The position numbers and the translations under genes were made by a program. Positions 48,961 to 57,950 of a stretch of DNA of 64,000 bases are shown here, in pieces. The notes below the pieces were generated by a model, which was not told where the DNA came from, searched no databases, and worked only from the letters and a program-made list of their open reading frames with translations. The stretch's first letter is position 1. The number at the start of each line of letters is the position of its first letter. Source of the stretch: Myxococcota bacterium (GTDB taxonomy: Bacteria > Myxococcota_A > UBA9160 > SZUA-336); the NCBI GenBank assembly GCA_965247115.1, contig CBDFGR010000002.1:224001-288000 (forward strand), written 5' to 3'.

Positions 48961-49368
48961 ATGGAAATGACGTTGCTGCGAGCGCTGGCCGGCCTCCTCG
49001 TGATCTGGACGCTCGTGGCGTACTCCTGCGAGAGACTCGTCGGTCCCACGCCGCTCTCGCGGGTCATGACGTGGCGCCAGGAATCCTCGGATTTCGCCGC
49101 GCTTCGGCGCGCGGTCCTGTTTCGGGCAGAACGGTGTATCGAGGAGGCCCAGTTTACTTCGGAGCAGGTGTGGATGCTGTGTGAGCACGCTCGCGCGGAC
49201 CTCATGATTTACAGCACGTCGATAATGGTTGAGCGAGACGCCCGGGCTCGAAAGGATGGGTCGCGATGCGACCGATCGAGATGCGGTCGACTCGAAATCT
49301 GCATGGAGGCGATCGGCAGCCGTGCGAGTTTCGCCGAGCAGTACACCTGCAAGGACCTCCGTCGGTGA
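48961..49368 (+). CDS. Cys-rich exported/membrane hypothetical protein (moron-like)
   Basis: N-terminal hydrophobic segment, several Cys, opposite strand to neighbours. Confidence 0.45.
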   Translation: MEMTLLRALAGLLVIWTLVAYSCERLVGPTPLSRVMTWRQESSDFAALRRAVLFRAERCIEEAQFTSEQVWMLCEHARADLMIYSTSIMVERDARARKDGSRCDRSRCGRLEICMEAIGSRASFAEQYTCKDLRR

Positions 49369-49769
49369 CAACCGTGCATCCGCAAGAAAAGTTGACACCG
49401 CGCCCACGGACTCAGTAGAAAGATCCGCGCGACACTTGTGGGGCGGTGAATACGGAGCGGTGGATGGAGTGCTTGTCACGCCGCGCCTTCGTCCGCGCAG
49501 TTCGCACCGGAGTCGTCGAACTCGCCGAAGACAAGATCGACGGCCTTGATCTCGCCGTTCGAGTCAGCGATCGGCAGGCTCATCTTCACGCTGGGAGTCG
49601 CGTCGCATGTGCTCGGGCGCGAGGTTCGGAATATCGCGGCGGTCTCGCGTGCCGCACATAGACTCGGCAAGATGAAACTCACCGATGACTGAGCGAGCCC
49701 CTCTTGGATCGAACTGTACCGTCCCGATATCCGGAGGTGGATCGAGTCCCTTGGGCACCTGGAGTGACC

Positions 49770-50000
49770 TCACGCGGCTCCCTCTGTGGCGGGTTCGGCG
49801 GCGCTTACGCGGCGTCGCGCGGGAAAGTGGTCCTCTGGCCGGACTTTTCCTCCGGTGGCTGACGTGATTCGGGCCCAAACCCGACCCCGAACGTCGCCTC
49901 CGTTGCAGACCCTGGAGACAGCGCTCTGGTAAATCCCAGAGCGCTTTGCAAAGGCGATCTGAGTCTCGTCTCGCTCAAATAGGTATTGCTCGAGCCGCAT
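49770..50000 (-). CDS. Cro-like HTH protein
   Basis: MRLEQYL...TQIAFAKRSGIYQSAVSRV...ITSATGGKV; divergent from the repressor. Confidence 0.8.
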   Translation of the reverse strand: MRLEQYLFERDETQIAFAKRSGIYQSAVSRVCNGGDVRGRVWARITSATGGKVRPEDHFPARRRVSAAEPATEGAA

Positions 50001-50015
50001 CGGGAAGAGAGTTAT

Positions 50016-50070
50016 CCTTATTTGGCTCAAGCGTCCATCTTTATTTGGCTGGACCTCCGCTATCCAAATC
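50016..50070. promoter_or_regulatory. Putative repressor operators (TTATTTGGCT x2, TATCCAAAT)
   Basis: Repeats at 50018-27, 50041-50 and 50061-69 in the cro/cI gap; same motif as an IR at 50704-50736. Confidence 0.6.
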
Positions 50071-50108
50071 GGGATTCCCGCATTAACCTTTGAGGTCGGG
50101 AGGTTTCG

Positions 50109-50696
50109 ATGACTAAGCGGGGGAAATACGTGCCGTGGAAGCCGCGTCGCGTAGAGTTCGAGATGACCACGGGGAAACGAGCTGGCAACTCTTTGGAGGA
50201 CGTTCTCCGGGATCTAGTCGTCAAGGCGCGCGACGATCTGGGGATGAACCAGAAGGACTTTGCGAAGAATCTCGGGATCAGTCAGTCGGCCTTGAGCAGA
50301 TTCGAGAGCGATGCGCCGAACCAGTCGGGGAATTCTGAGCAGCTCAAATCGTCCGCGTTAACGAGGATTTGCGTTCTTCTCGATGAGAATCCTGTGAACT
50401 TTCTCATCGAACACCCACTGTACGACGGCGCGACGCGTGCCCGCATGACGTTTCCAAAGGACCATCTATACCGCCGCTACAACGCCCAGCTCAAAAACGC
50501 CGAAGCGCTGGGACTGCTTCCAAATCTCAAGCGGGCAAAGGACTTGGGAGTGTTCGAACAGGCGGTCGCTGCCGTCGCCAATGTCGTCGAGGCGGCGGAG
50601 GAATCCCGCGCCACTATGCCACCACTACAGCCACGCCCGGGTCCGCGTGATTCCCATCGTTCACCTAGATCGTCCCAAACTCGCCGATCCTCTTAG
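50109..50696 (+). CDS. CI-like repressor (XRE HTH, no S24 peptidase domain seen)
   Basis: ARDDLGMNQKDFAKNLGISQSALSRFE. Confidence 0.75.
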   Translation: MTKRGKYVPWKPRRVEFEMTTGKRAGNSLEDVLRDLVVKARDDLGMNQKDFAKNLGISQSALSRFESDAPNQSGNSEQLKSSALTRICVLLDENPVNFLIEHPLYDGATRARMTFPKDHLYRRYNAQLKNAEALGLLPNLKRAKDLGVFEQAVAAVANVVEAAEESRATMPPLQPRPGPRDSHRSPRSSQTRRSS

Positions 50697-50703
50697 GTCA
50701 ATT

Positions 50704-50736
50704 CCTAATTTGGGTTGAATCGATATCCAAATAAGG
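50704..50736. promoter_or_regulatory. Putative operator CCTAATTTGG-N13-CCAAATAAGG
   Basis: Imperfect IR in the AT-rich gap before the early operon. Confidence 0.55.
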
Positions 50737-50773
50737 TTACATTTGACCTCCGTCACCTACGACGGAGGCCTCG

Positions 50774-51583
50774 ATGCCCGATCCCGCCCCTTCCCCTCCC
50801 GACCCGAGGCATCCTCTCCCCGACCGTCTCGCCCAGCTGGACTCCCTGCACCTGAACACAGGTGCCTCCTCAAGCTTCGACGAAGGCCACTGCGCGCTCG
50901 AGGTGGTCGCCTGGCTCGCAGGGGAGGAGCACAGCGACCATCCGCAGTGCACGAGTGCCGTGGTCGGAGACTTCGTCCGCTGCTGGAATGACAACCTTTT
51001 AGACGAGGATCGAGACCGTCTGCTCAAGCCCCTGCTCCCCCGCCTCGTGGGATCGGAAGGAGATCCCGACACGGAGCTCGCCCGCTCCTACCTAGCCCTC
51101 GACTGGCTCTGCCGGGTCCATACGCCCGCATGGCTGGATCTCGTGGAGAGTCTGAGCCCGCATGCCGCGAAGCTGCGCGGACTCGGCGAGATCACGGACC
51201 TCGTTCGTGCAAGCGCGGCGCAGCCGATGATCCGTGCTGCGAGGGACGCTGCGGGGGACGCTGCGAGGGACGCTGTGGGGGCCGCTGCGGGGGACGCTGC
51301 GAGGGACGCTGTGGGGGCCGCTGCGGGGGCCGCTGCGAGGGTCGCTGCGTGGGACGCTGTGGGGGCCGCTGCGGGGGCCGCTGCGAGGGTCGCTGCGGGA
51401 GCCGCTGTGGGGGCCGCTGCGGGGGACGCTGCGAGGGTCGCTGCGGGAGCCGCGGCGGGGGCCGATGCGAGGGTCACCGCGTGGGACGCTGCGAGTGCCG
51501 CGCTCGAGCCGACCGTGCTCACGCTCCAGGATTCGGCACGCGATCTCGTTTGTCGAATGCTCGCGGTGGGGGAGTCCGCATGA
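50774..51583 (+). CDS. Phage Ala-rich repeat protein
   Basis: CALEVVAWLAGEEHSDHPQC, WND; about 20 four-residue xxAA repeats. Confidence 0.75.
   Translation: MPDPAPSPPDPRHPLPDRLAQLDSLHLNTGASSSFDEGHCALEVVAWLAGEEHSDHPQCTSAVVGDFVRCWNDNLLDEDRDRLLKPLLPRLVGSEGDPDTELARSYLALDWLCRVHTPAWLDLVESLSPHAAKLRGLGEITDLVRASAAQPMIRAARDAAGDAARDAVGAAAGDAARDAVGAAAGAAARVAAWDAVGAAAGAAARVAAGAAVGAAAGDAARVAAGAAAGADARVTAWDAASAALEPTVLTLQDSARDLVCRMLAVGESA
51237..51500 (+). repeat. Degenerate 12-bp tandem repeats (GGGNCGCTGYGN)
   Basis: Visible tandem array coding RDAA/GAAA/RVAA. Confidence 0.85.
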
Positions 51584-52482
51584 CTCCCTCCTCCCCTCTC
51601 CGCAGCGATCTGAAGAGATGGGCGAGAGAGTCGAAGCCAGGCGTCTACCGTGGCCTCTCCGAGACCGAGTACGACGCGATCGACGCGGTCCGCAGCACGA
51701 AGCTCAGCTACTTCGCCGACGGTAGGACGCCCGCGCACGCGAAGTACCTGATCGACCACCCTCCGCCCCCGAAGGATCACCTCGACATCGGCGCCGCTCT
51801 GCACTGCGCCGTGCTCGAGCCGGAGAAGTTCGACGACGAGTGGGTCGTCGCTCCTAAGGTCGACCGCCGCTACAAGAAGGACAAGGCCATCTGGGCCGAG
51901 TTCGAGGCGGAGAACGCGGGCAAGGGGATTCTGAAGCGCCAGGACATGAACCTGGTCTTGGCGATGCGCGACGGGGTCAACCGGAACGAGCTCGCGCGCC
52001 GGCTGCTGAAGGGGGCGGGGCAGAACGAGCTCACGCTTGTTTGGGAGGACGAGCAGTCGGGTCTGCTTTGCAAGGCGAGACTCGACCGGATCACGGAGTA
52101 CGAGGGCTACGTCATCGTCGTCGACCTGAAGACGACGGCGCGGCTCGCTTCCAAGGAAGCGTTCGCGCGAGCGATGGGAGACTTCGGCTACCACCGTCAG
52201 GAGGCGTTCTACCGGATGGCGATGGACGCGCATTTCGGCGAGATGCCGCGTCGGTTCGTCTTCATCGTGATCGAGAAGGCGGCTCCGCACATCGTCGCGA
52301 CGCATGAGACCGGGCCGGAGTCTCTCGATGCGGGTCAGCGTGAAGTGCGCACGCATCTGACGGAGTACGCCGCGTGTACGGAGTCGGGCGTCTGGCCTGG
52401 ATACGGAACGTCGACGCTACTGACCGAGCTGCCACCGTGGCGGCTGCGACGAGTCGAAAGAGACGAAGAGGTCGTGTTTTGA
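51580..52482 (+). CDS. RecE / exonuclease VIII-like PD-(D/E)XK nuclease
   Basis: GAALHCAVLEP, CKARLD, VDLKTT, YHRQEAFY, FVFIVIEK. Confidence 0.9.
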   Translation: MTPSSPLRSDLKRWARESKPGVYRGLSETEYDAIDAVRSTKLSYFADGRTPAHAKYLIDHPPPPKDHLDIGAALHCAVLEPEKFDDEWVVAPKVDRRYKKDKAIWAEFEAENAGKGILKRQDMNLVLAMRDGVNRNELARRLLKGAGQNELTLVWEDEQSGLLCKARLDRITEYEGYVIVVDLKTTARLASKEAFARAMGDFGYHRQEAFYRMAMDAHFGEMPRRFVFIVIEKAAPHIVATHETGPESLDAGQREVRTHLTEYAACTESGVWPGYGTSTLLTELPPWRLRRVERDEEVVF

Positions 52483-53555
52483 ACTGCAAGAGCTGCAACG
52501 CCCCGGAGGGCTCCCCGCACGGAACAAACTGCAAGGTTCACCCTCCGGGCTCCAGCGAAGAGAAGCCCGAGATGGAGGAGCAACGCGGGGTCGCCACGAT
52601 CGACGATTCCACTGGGGCGATCGCGGACATGAGCGAGGGCGGGCTGCGTCCGACCAACGCAAAGGAGCTCGCCGCGCTCGCGAAGCAGGCGGCCCTCTCG
52701 AGCCTGGTTCCCGAGCCCTTCCGCAACAAGCCGAACGACTGCTTCGTCGCGATGGCGATGGGGAGAGAGATCGGCTTCGACGCGTTCCAGAGCTTGCAGA
52801 TGTTTCACGTCGTCAAGGGGAAGGTAGGTCTTCCCGGCGAGGCGATGGTGGCGATCATCCGGAGTCGCGAAGAGTGCGAGTCGCTCAGGATGGGCACCGA
52901 GGGGTCGCTCGAGGATGGAAACCTTACGGGGTGGGTCGTCTCAAAGCGGCGCGGTCAATCTGAGAACGACAAGGTGACCTTCAGTCTAGAGGACGCGATG
53001 CTGGCTGGGCTCTACCCCGGCAAGAAGGATCGCAACGGCGAGCCGAGCGTCTGGTCAAAGTACCCGAAGGACATGCTCATCTGGAAGGCCGTAGCGCGCG
53101 ACTGCCGACGGAACTGGGCCGACATGACCCGGCGTGTTCCCGTCGCTGAGGACATGCCCGGCTACGGCGAGTCAAGGCTTGAGATCAACGTCACACCGCC
53201 GCGCGAGGAGACTCCGACGGCGGACCCGGCTCGTGCACTCTTCGCGGGTGAGTCGATCGAGCCTGAGATCGTCGGACCCGAGGGGCCCGGCGGTCCCGCT
53301 GCACCGAACGCAGAGCCTGCGAACGCCGGGACGCCCTCTGACGATGCGAATGCAACGGGTCGCCCGGCTCCGAGTGAGGGATCCAGTGAGGCCACGCCGG
53401 AGCCGGGACTTCCCAACGAGGACGGCCCGAAGTTCTCGGCGCTACCCGAGGACTTCGACCCGAGTCGCGACAACTGCCCCGACTGCGAGCGCACGGCTGA
53501 TCTCGGTCACAACCCGGGGTGCTCCATCGCGAAGCTGCTGAAGGAGCAGAGGTGA
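52479..53555 (+). CDS. RecT-like ssDNA annealing protein
   Basis: SSLVPEPFRNKPND, GREIG, WSKYPKDMLIWKA; follows RecE. Confidence 0.8.
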   Translation: MNCKSCNAPEGSPHGTNCKVHPPGSSEEKPEMEEQRGVATIDDSTGAIADMSEGGLRPTNAKELAALAKQAALSSLVPEPFRNKPNDCFVAMAMGREIGFDAFQSLQMFHVVKGKVGLPGEAMVAIIRSREECESLRMGTEGSLEDGNLTGWVVSKRRGQSENDKVTFSLEDAMLAGLYPGKKDRNGEPSVWSKYPKDMLIWKAVARDCRRNWADMTRRVPVAEDMPGYGESRLEINVTPPREETPTADPARALFAGESIEPEIVGPEGPGGPAAPNAEPANAGTPSDDANATGRPAPSEGSSEATPEPGLPNEDGPKFSALPEDFDPSRDNCPDCERTADLGHNPGCSIAKLLKEQR

Positions 53556-53815
53556 CACGAACCACCGACCAAGAGTTGGTCGACCGCGTCCCCTGTGAGG
53601 GCTCCGAGGACTGCGAGCAACTGGTCGATCGCGACGGCTTCCGTCTCTGCGCCGAGCATATGAAGGAGGCATGGGACGGGATGGAGGAAGCGGAGAACAC
53701 GCCTCCGTCTCGCAGACCGAGGCGAAGAGATGGCAACTGAGCCGACGGCTCGACTTGCCATGATCTGCGGTGTGGTCTGGTATGGTGCGATCCAGCTTGT
53801 GGGAACGCTCGTGCC

Positions 53816-54073
53816 ATGAAGGACCCGTGCTGGAGTCTCGATCAGTGTGCAGAGTTCCTTCAGTGCAGCACCAAGACCGTGCGAAAGATGATGAGGGGCG
53901 GATTCCCGCACTTCTACGTGGGCCGGAGACCTCGGTTCCGTCCGGAGGCGGTAAGGGAGTGGGTGCATGAGCAAGAACGGAGTCGCCCCCATAGCCTCAC
54001 CGTCGCTGCGGATCGAATCCGGGAGTCCCGTGTCCAGGAGCGCATCCTGAGAAGAGCCGCCCGTGTCTCGTAA
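53816..54073 (+). CDS. Excisionase-like HTH
   Basis: WSLDQCAEFLQCSTKTVRK...VGRRPRF; overlaps the integrase start. Confidence 0.78.
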   Translation: MKDPCWSLDQCAEFLQCSTKTVRKMMRGGFPHFYVGRRPRFRPEAVREWVHEQERSRPHSLTVAADRIRESRVQERILRRAARVS

Positions 54074-55412
54074 GGCAGACGGCCCTCGAATCTTCAAGCG
54101 TGGCGCGCACTACTACGTGGAGTACGTAGAAGGCAACGAGATACTCATCCCCCGTCAGTCCCTCCGGACCAAAGACGCCGGGAAAGCAAGGGCCGCTGCG
54201 TCGAGGCTCATCCTGGAGTATGAAGAGCGCGGCTACACACCAGAGGGTGACGAGCTCCTCTTCCGAGACGCAGCCGCCGCCTACCTCAAGCACGGGATGT
54301 CGAACCTGGCAGGTACAACGCAGGATGACCACAGAAATCATCTCCGTCTTGGCGGAATGCTGGACCGGGCTTTTGGCGACATCCCGATATCTCAACTCAC
54401 GGATGAGTCGCTACTCCGGTGGTGGGAAGAGAGCATCGAGGGGAAGCGAGCGACAAGTACGGGACGGCGATATCTCGATAGCGTCTCGGCAATTATGCGC
54501 CGAGCCCGTCGTCACCGGCTCATCGTGCACAATCCCGTCGTAGACTTTCAGGCCATTATCCGGGAGGAGAACAAGACCAAGAAGGGCAGAGCTCTAAGTG
54601 AGGCGGGGAAGCATGTCCGGCCTATTGAGGACCCCGCGGAAATCGAACGCATCCTTGCTTCGGCCCGAGAGGAGAGTCTAGAAGATCACGTGCTGGTGCT
54701 GCTCATGCTCGACGCTGGACTGCGCATCGGAGAAGCCATGCAGATCCGCTGGCGGGCAGTCAACTGGGGAGAGGACGAGAACGACCTAGGCCGCAGCCTC
54801 GAGATCTCGGAGTCGAACCCCAGAGGCATGTACCCCGGTGATCCACCCAAGAGTGGGAGGACGCGCTATGTGGATCTCTCCAGGCGGCTACGACGGGTCC
54901 TGATGGAGCTCTACACACAAGAGTTCCGGCCCAGCCCGGATCGTGTCATTGTGCCGCGCGACCAGGGCAACTGGAGGCAGAGGCAGTGGCGCAGAATCCT
55001 GGCGCGTGCCGGGACCACTCGAGCGTGGCGACCGAAAGATCTGCGCGACACCTTCGCGAGCCAGCTGCTCTCGAATGGTCAGGAGCTCGTGCACATCGCC
55101 GACCAGCTGGGCCATTCGTCCGTGGGCGTGACGGAGCGTCACTACACCAAGTACATCCGTCGCAAGAGGTATCAGCCGACACCGCCACTAGCCTATGGCG
55201 AGCTCCCGACGGACGCGCTGGCTCGGCTTGGCGCGCCCAATAAACGTCCACAAAGCGGACACTCGGGGTTTTCAGACCAACACGCTCCTGGCGACAGTGC
55301 AGAAACTGTTAGCAATGTCGCGGGCTTCCGTGGTGAGCGCGGCCGGGATCGAACCGGCGACCGGCGGATTCGGAGTCCGCAAGGATCAGGTCTCGCAGCG
55401 TCCGGTCCTTGA
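54063..55412 (+). CDS. Tyrosine integrase (prophage form; ORF crosses the right att core)
   Basis: AGLRIGE, PKSG, KDLRDTFAS, LGHSS, HY catalytic set. Confidence 0.93.
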   Translation: MSRKADGPRIFKRGAHYYVEYVEGNEILIPRQSLRTKDAGKARAAASRLILEYEERGYTPEGDELLFRDAAAAYLKHGMSNLAGTTQDDHRNHLRLGGMLDRAFGDIPISQLTDESLLRWWEESIEGKRATSTGRRYLDSVSAIMRRARRHRLIVHNPVVDFQAIIREENKTKKGRALSEAGKHVRPIEDPAEIERILASAREESLEDHVLVLLMLDAGLRIGEAMQIRWRAVNWGEDENDLGRSLEISESNPRGMYPGDPPKSGRTRYVDLSRRLRRVLMELYTQEFRPSPDRVIVPRDQGNWRQRQWRRILARAGTTRAWRPKDLRDTFASQLLSNGQELVHIADQLGHSSVGVTERHYTKYIRRKRYQPTPPLAYGELPTDALARLGAPNKRPQSGHSGFSDQHAPGDSAETVSNVAGFRGERGRDRTGDRRIRSPQGSGLAASGP

Positions 55413-56688
55413 GGCGCTCCGCGACGGCGCGGCCGATCGACGCCAGGACATCGTCGACGCCGGAAGACGCCGGCAAGCGCCGCGGGCCCTGCAGGGTCCT
55501 GTTCCCTTCGCGTCTGACGGCATCGAGAATCTGCGCGACGTCGACGAGCTCGGGCGCCCGACCGGGCATGTACGAGAGCTCGGGACCTGCGGCGTTGAGC
55601 AGCAGCCCGTGTCGCTCGAGCGACAGCAGGACGTCTTCTACCAGATCGATCGAGATCCCGCTCCAGCGTGCCAGAGCCCGCAGCGTCTCCGGCGCGCCGC
55701 CGGCAAAGTGCGCTCGACCGATCCGGGTCATCAGCAGCAGCGCCAGCTTCTCCCGGTCCTGGCCCGACAGGAGCCGAGCTTCTCCCTCGGGAGTGAGCTG
55801 CTCGGGGTACTGTACGTAGAAGGCGAGACGCGCCCCGATCAGCAGGATGAGCCAGCTCACGTAGAGCCACATGAGGAACAGGATCAGCACGGCGAAGCCG
55901 GAGTAGATGGCCGTGTAACGCGTGGATGACGCGACCACAGTCGCAAAGCCGAAGCCCAGGCCCTCCCAGAGAGCTCCGGCAACCACGCCGCCGATCAGCG
56001 CCGCACGCAGCTGCACCTTCGCATTCGGCACGAACGCGTACACGAACGTGAACGCCGCGATTACCAAAAGATAAGGAACGAGCTCTCTCACCATATCGAC
56101 GGCGCTGCCGAGCGCCTGTACTTCCGTGAGGCGCTGAACGGCGGAGGCGCCCGCAAGCGAGGCCGTGAGTCCGATCGCCGAGAACATCAGCACGGGACCT
56201 ACCATCACGACGGAGAGGTAGTTGCTGAAGCGCTGACCCAGGCTGCGACTCTGACGCGTGTGCCACGCGTAGTTGAACGAGCCCTCGATCTTTTGAATCA
56301 GGGAGATAACCGTGTAGAGCAGCATGGCAAGGCCGAGAGAGCCCAGGATGCCGACGCGCATGTTGTCGACGAAGCCGATCACGTTCTGGCTGATGTCTGC
56401 GCCTCTCTCGCCGAGGGGCGCGAGAAAGCGCAGCAGGAGTGGCTCGATCTGGTTGTGCACGCCGAAGCCTTTGAGCACGGAGAAGCTCAGCGCAAGCAGC
56501 GGGACGAGCGAGAGCAGGCTCGTATAGACGAGACTCATGGCGTGGAGGGTCAGCTGGCCCTCTCGAATATCCACGACGAGCGCGTATACCGTGCGCAGCG
56601 CCCGCATTCCCAGGGCACTCAGCGCGGGCCGTCCGGCGAGATCTACGCGCCAGATCGCGCGCTCGATGACGTCACCCAGGCCCCTCAT
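55309..56688 (-). CDS. yihY: YihY/BrkB family membrane protein with C-terminal Rrf2-like HTH; last 18 aa phage-derived
   Basis: LVYTSLLSLVPLLA, IEGSFNYAW, YAFVPN, IYSGFA, WLYVSWLILLIGA. Confidence 0.85.
   Translation of the reverse strand: MRGLGDVIERAIWRVDLAGRPALSALGMRALRTVYALVVDIREGQLTLHAMSLVYTSLLSLVPLLALSFSVLKGFGVHNQIEPLLLRFLAPLGERGADISQNVIGFVDNMRVGILGSLGLAMLLYTVISLIQKIEGSFNYAWHTRQSRSLGQRFSNYLSVVMVGPVLMFSAIGLTASLAGASAVQRLTEVQALGSAVDMVRELVPYLLVIAAFTFVYAFVPNAKVQLRAALIGGVVAGALWEGLGFGFATVVASSTRYTAIYSGFAVLILFLMWLYVSWLILLIGARLAFYVQYPEQLTPEGEARLLSGQDREKLALLLMTRIGRAHFAGGAPETLRALARWSGISIDLVEDVLLSLERHGLLLNAAGPELSYMPGRAPELVDVAQILDAVRREGNRTLQGPRRLPASSGVDDVLASIGRAVAERLKDRTLRDLILADSESAGRRFDPGRAHHGSPRHC
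55331..55375 (-). tRNA. 3' half of tRNA-Arg(CCG) carried by phage attP (fragment only)
   Basis: CTCCGAA loop, TCCGC, CGGTC, GCCGG-TTCGATC-CCGGC T-arm, CGCGCTC-A-CCA; no D-arm or 5' acceptor strand upstream. Confidence 0.85.
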
Positions 56689-57950
56689 ATCGTCCCGGCC
56701 TCAGCAAGTCCCGGGAGCGTAGCCGCGTCTACCCCGAGCTCGTCGCAGTAGACCTCGTGGTTGTGCTCGCCAAGCAGTGGCGCACGCCTTCGCACGCGAA
56801 CGGGCGTGCCCGAGAACCGGTAGGGCGCCGTGGGAATGCGCGCGGAGCCCGCGTGGCCCCGCACATCGAGCGCGTCGAAGAAGCCGCGGTCTTCCCAGTG
56901 CGGGTCGTCGAGGTTCTCCTCCGGCTGCCGCACGATCCCCCACGGCAGGTGCAGCGCCTGCGCGCCACGGTACGCCTCTTCCGCGCTGATGCGCGCAAGG
57001 AAGCGCTCGACCACGCTGCCGAAGTGGGCCTGCTCCGTCGGGGAAGCCCGTGAGATCGCCACGCGGTACTCCGGGTCGCGCAGATCTTCCACGGCATCGT
57101 GCTTTTCCATCCAATCGAGCAGCCCGTTGAAAGTCCGGAGGTCGCGGGGCATGCCGCCGCCAATGATGTTGATGTACCGTCCGTCCGCGGTGGGGAACTG
57201 CCATGGCGAGGTCATCTCGGGCGACGAGTGTCGACCGGTCTGACGCTGGACGAGCTCCCGGCGGTACTCCCAGTTCGGAAAGGCTCCCTCGGTCGTGCAG
57301 CTGACCGCCTCGTGGATCGAGAGGTCGACCAGCTCGGGGCCTTCCACCCGCCCGCCTTCCAGCGCGATCCGCGCCGCCAGAGTGCCGCAGACCGCGTACT
57401 CACCCGCCATCCAGAGCGAGTGCTCGTAGCCCGGGCGAATTGGCGGCAGCTCGTGATCGTCGTAGCCGCTACTCATCATCGGCCCTCCGAGCGCAATGTG
57501 GACGAGGTCGTTTGCTGCCCAGTCTGCGCGTGGACCTTCGCGGCCGAACGGCGTGATCGAGCACCATACGCTGCGCTCGAGCCCAGCGTGTCCGGCCCAG
57601 TGCCCGAAGCCTGCATCCAGCGCGTCGAGAACGCCGCGCCCTGCCGCGTCGATCACGACATCGGCAGATTCGCTGAGCCGCCACCACAGCTCGCGTCCCT
57701 CAGAGGACCCCAGCTCGAGCGTCACGCCGCGCTTGCTCGTGTTGAAGTAGGCGTAACGAAGCGAGCGATCGGGACCAGGGCGACCACCGACAAAGGGTCC
57801 GAGGCTCCGGGCGGCCGAGCCGGACGGGGGCTCCACCCGGATCACATCCGCTCCGGCATCGGCGAGCAGCTTGCCCGCAACCTCTCCGAGATCGCCGATC
57901 TCCACGACGCGCAGCTCCTGAACCGGGCCAGGGCTCGCCCCCGTGCTCAC
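56685..57950 (-). CDS. Class III CoA-transferase (CaiB/BaiF)
   Basis: LADAGADVIRVEPP, NTSKRGVTL, APLLGEHN. Confidence 0.88.
   Translation of the reverse strand: MSTGASPGPVQELRVVEIGDLGEVAGKLLADAGADVIRVEPPSGSAARSLGPFVGGRPGPDRSLRYAYFNTSKRGVTLELGSSEGRELWWRLSESADVVIDAAGRGVLDALDAGFGHWAGHAGLERSVWCSITPFGREGPRADWAANDLVHIALGGPMMSSGYDDHELPPIRPGYEHSLWMAGEYAVCGTLAARIALEGGRVEGPELVDLSIHEAVSCTTEGAFPNWEYRRELVQRQTGRHSSPEMTSPWQFPTADGRYINIIGGGMPRDLRTFNGLLDWMEKHDAVEDLRDPEYRVAISRASPTEQAHFGSVVERFLARISAEEAYRGAQALHLPWGIVRQPEENLDDPHWEDRGFFDALDVRGHAGSARIPTAPYRFSGTPVRVRRRAPLLGEHNHEVYCDELGVDAATLPGLAEAGTI

Larger units (their letters stand above)
11392..55375. mobile_element. Integrated temperate prophage, podovirus-like (~44 kb)
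   Basis: 11-bp direct repeat at both ends; tyrosine integrase/excisionase, CI/Cro, RecET, replication initiator, terminase, portal, capsid, ejection and lysis genes; no tape measure gene. Confidence 0.95.

Noticed and set aside
51237..51500. Repeat array as CRISPR
   Set aside because: Tandem coding 12-mers with no spacers and no cas genes.
51130..51579. Cys-rich N-terminal extension of RecE as its normal start
   Set aside because: It is the alternative frame of the Ala-repeat gene; RBS and ATGA coupling favour 51580.
55331..55410. Complete tRNA-Arg gene
   Set aside because: D-arm and 5' acceptor strand are absent; that position is yihY coding sequence.
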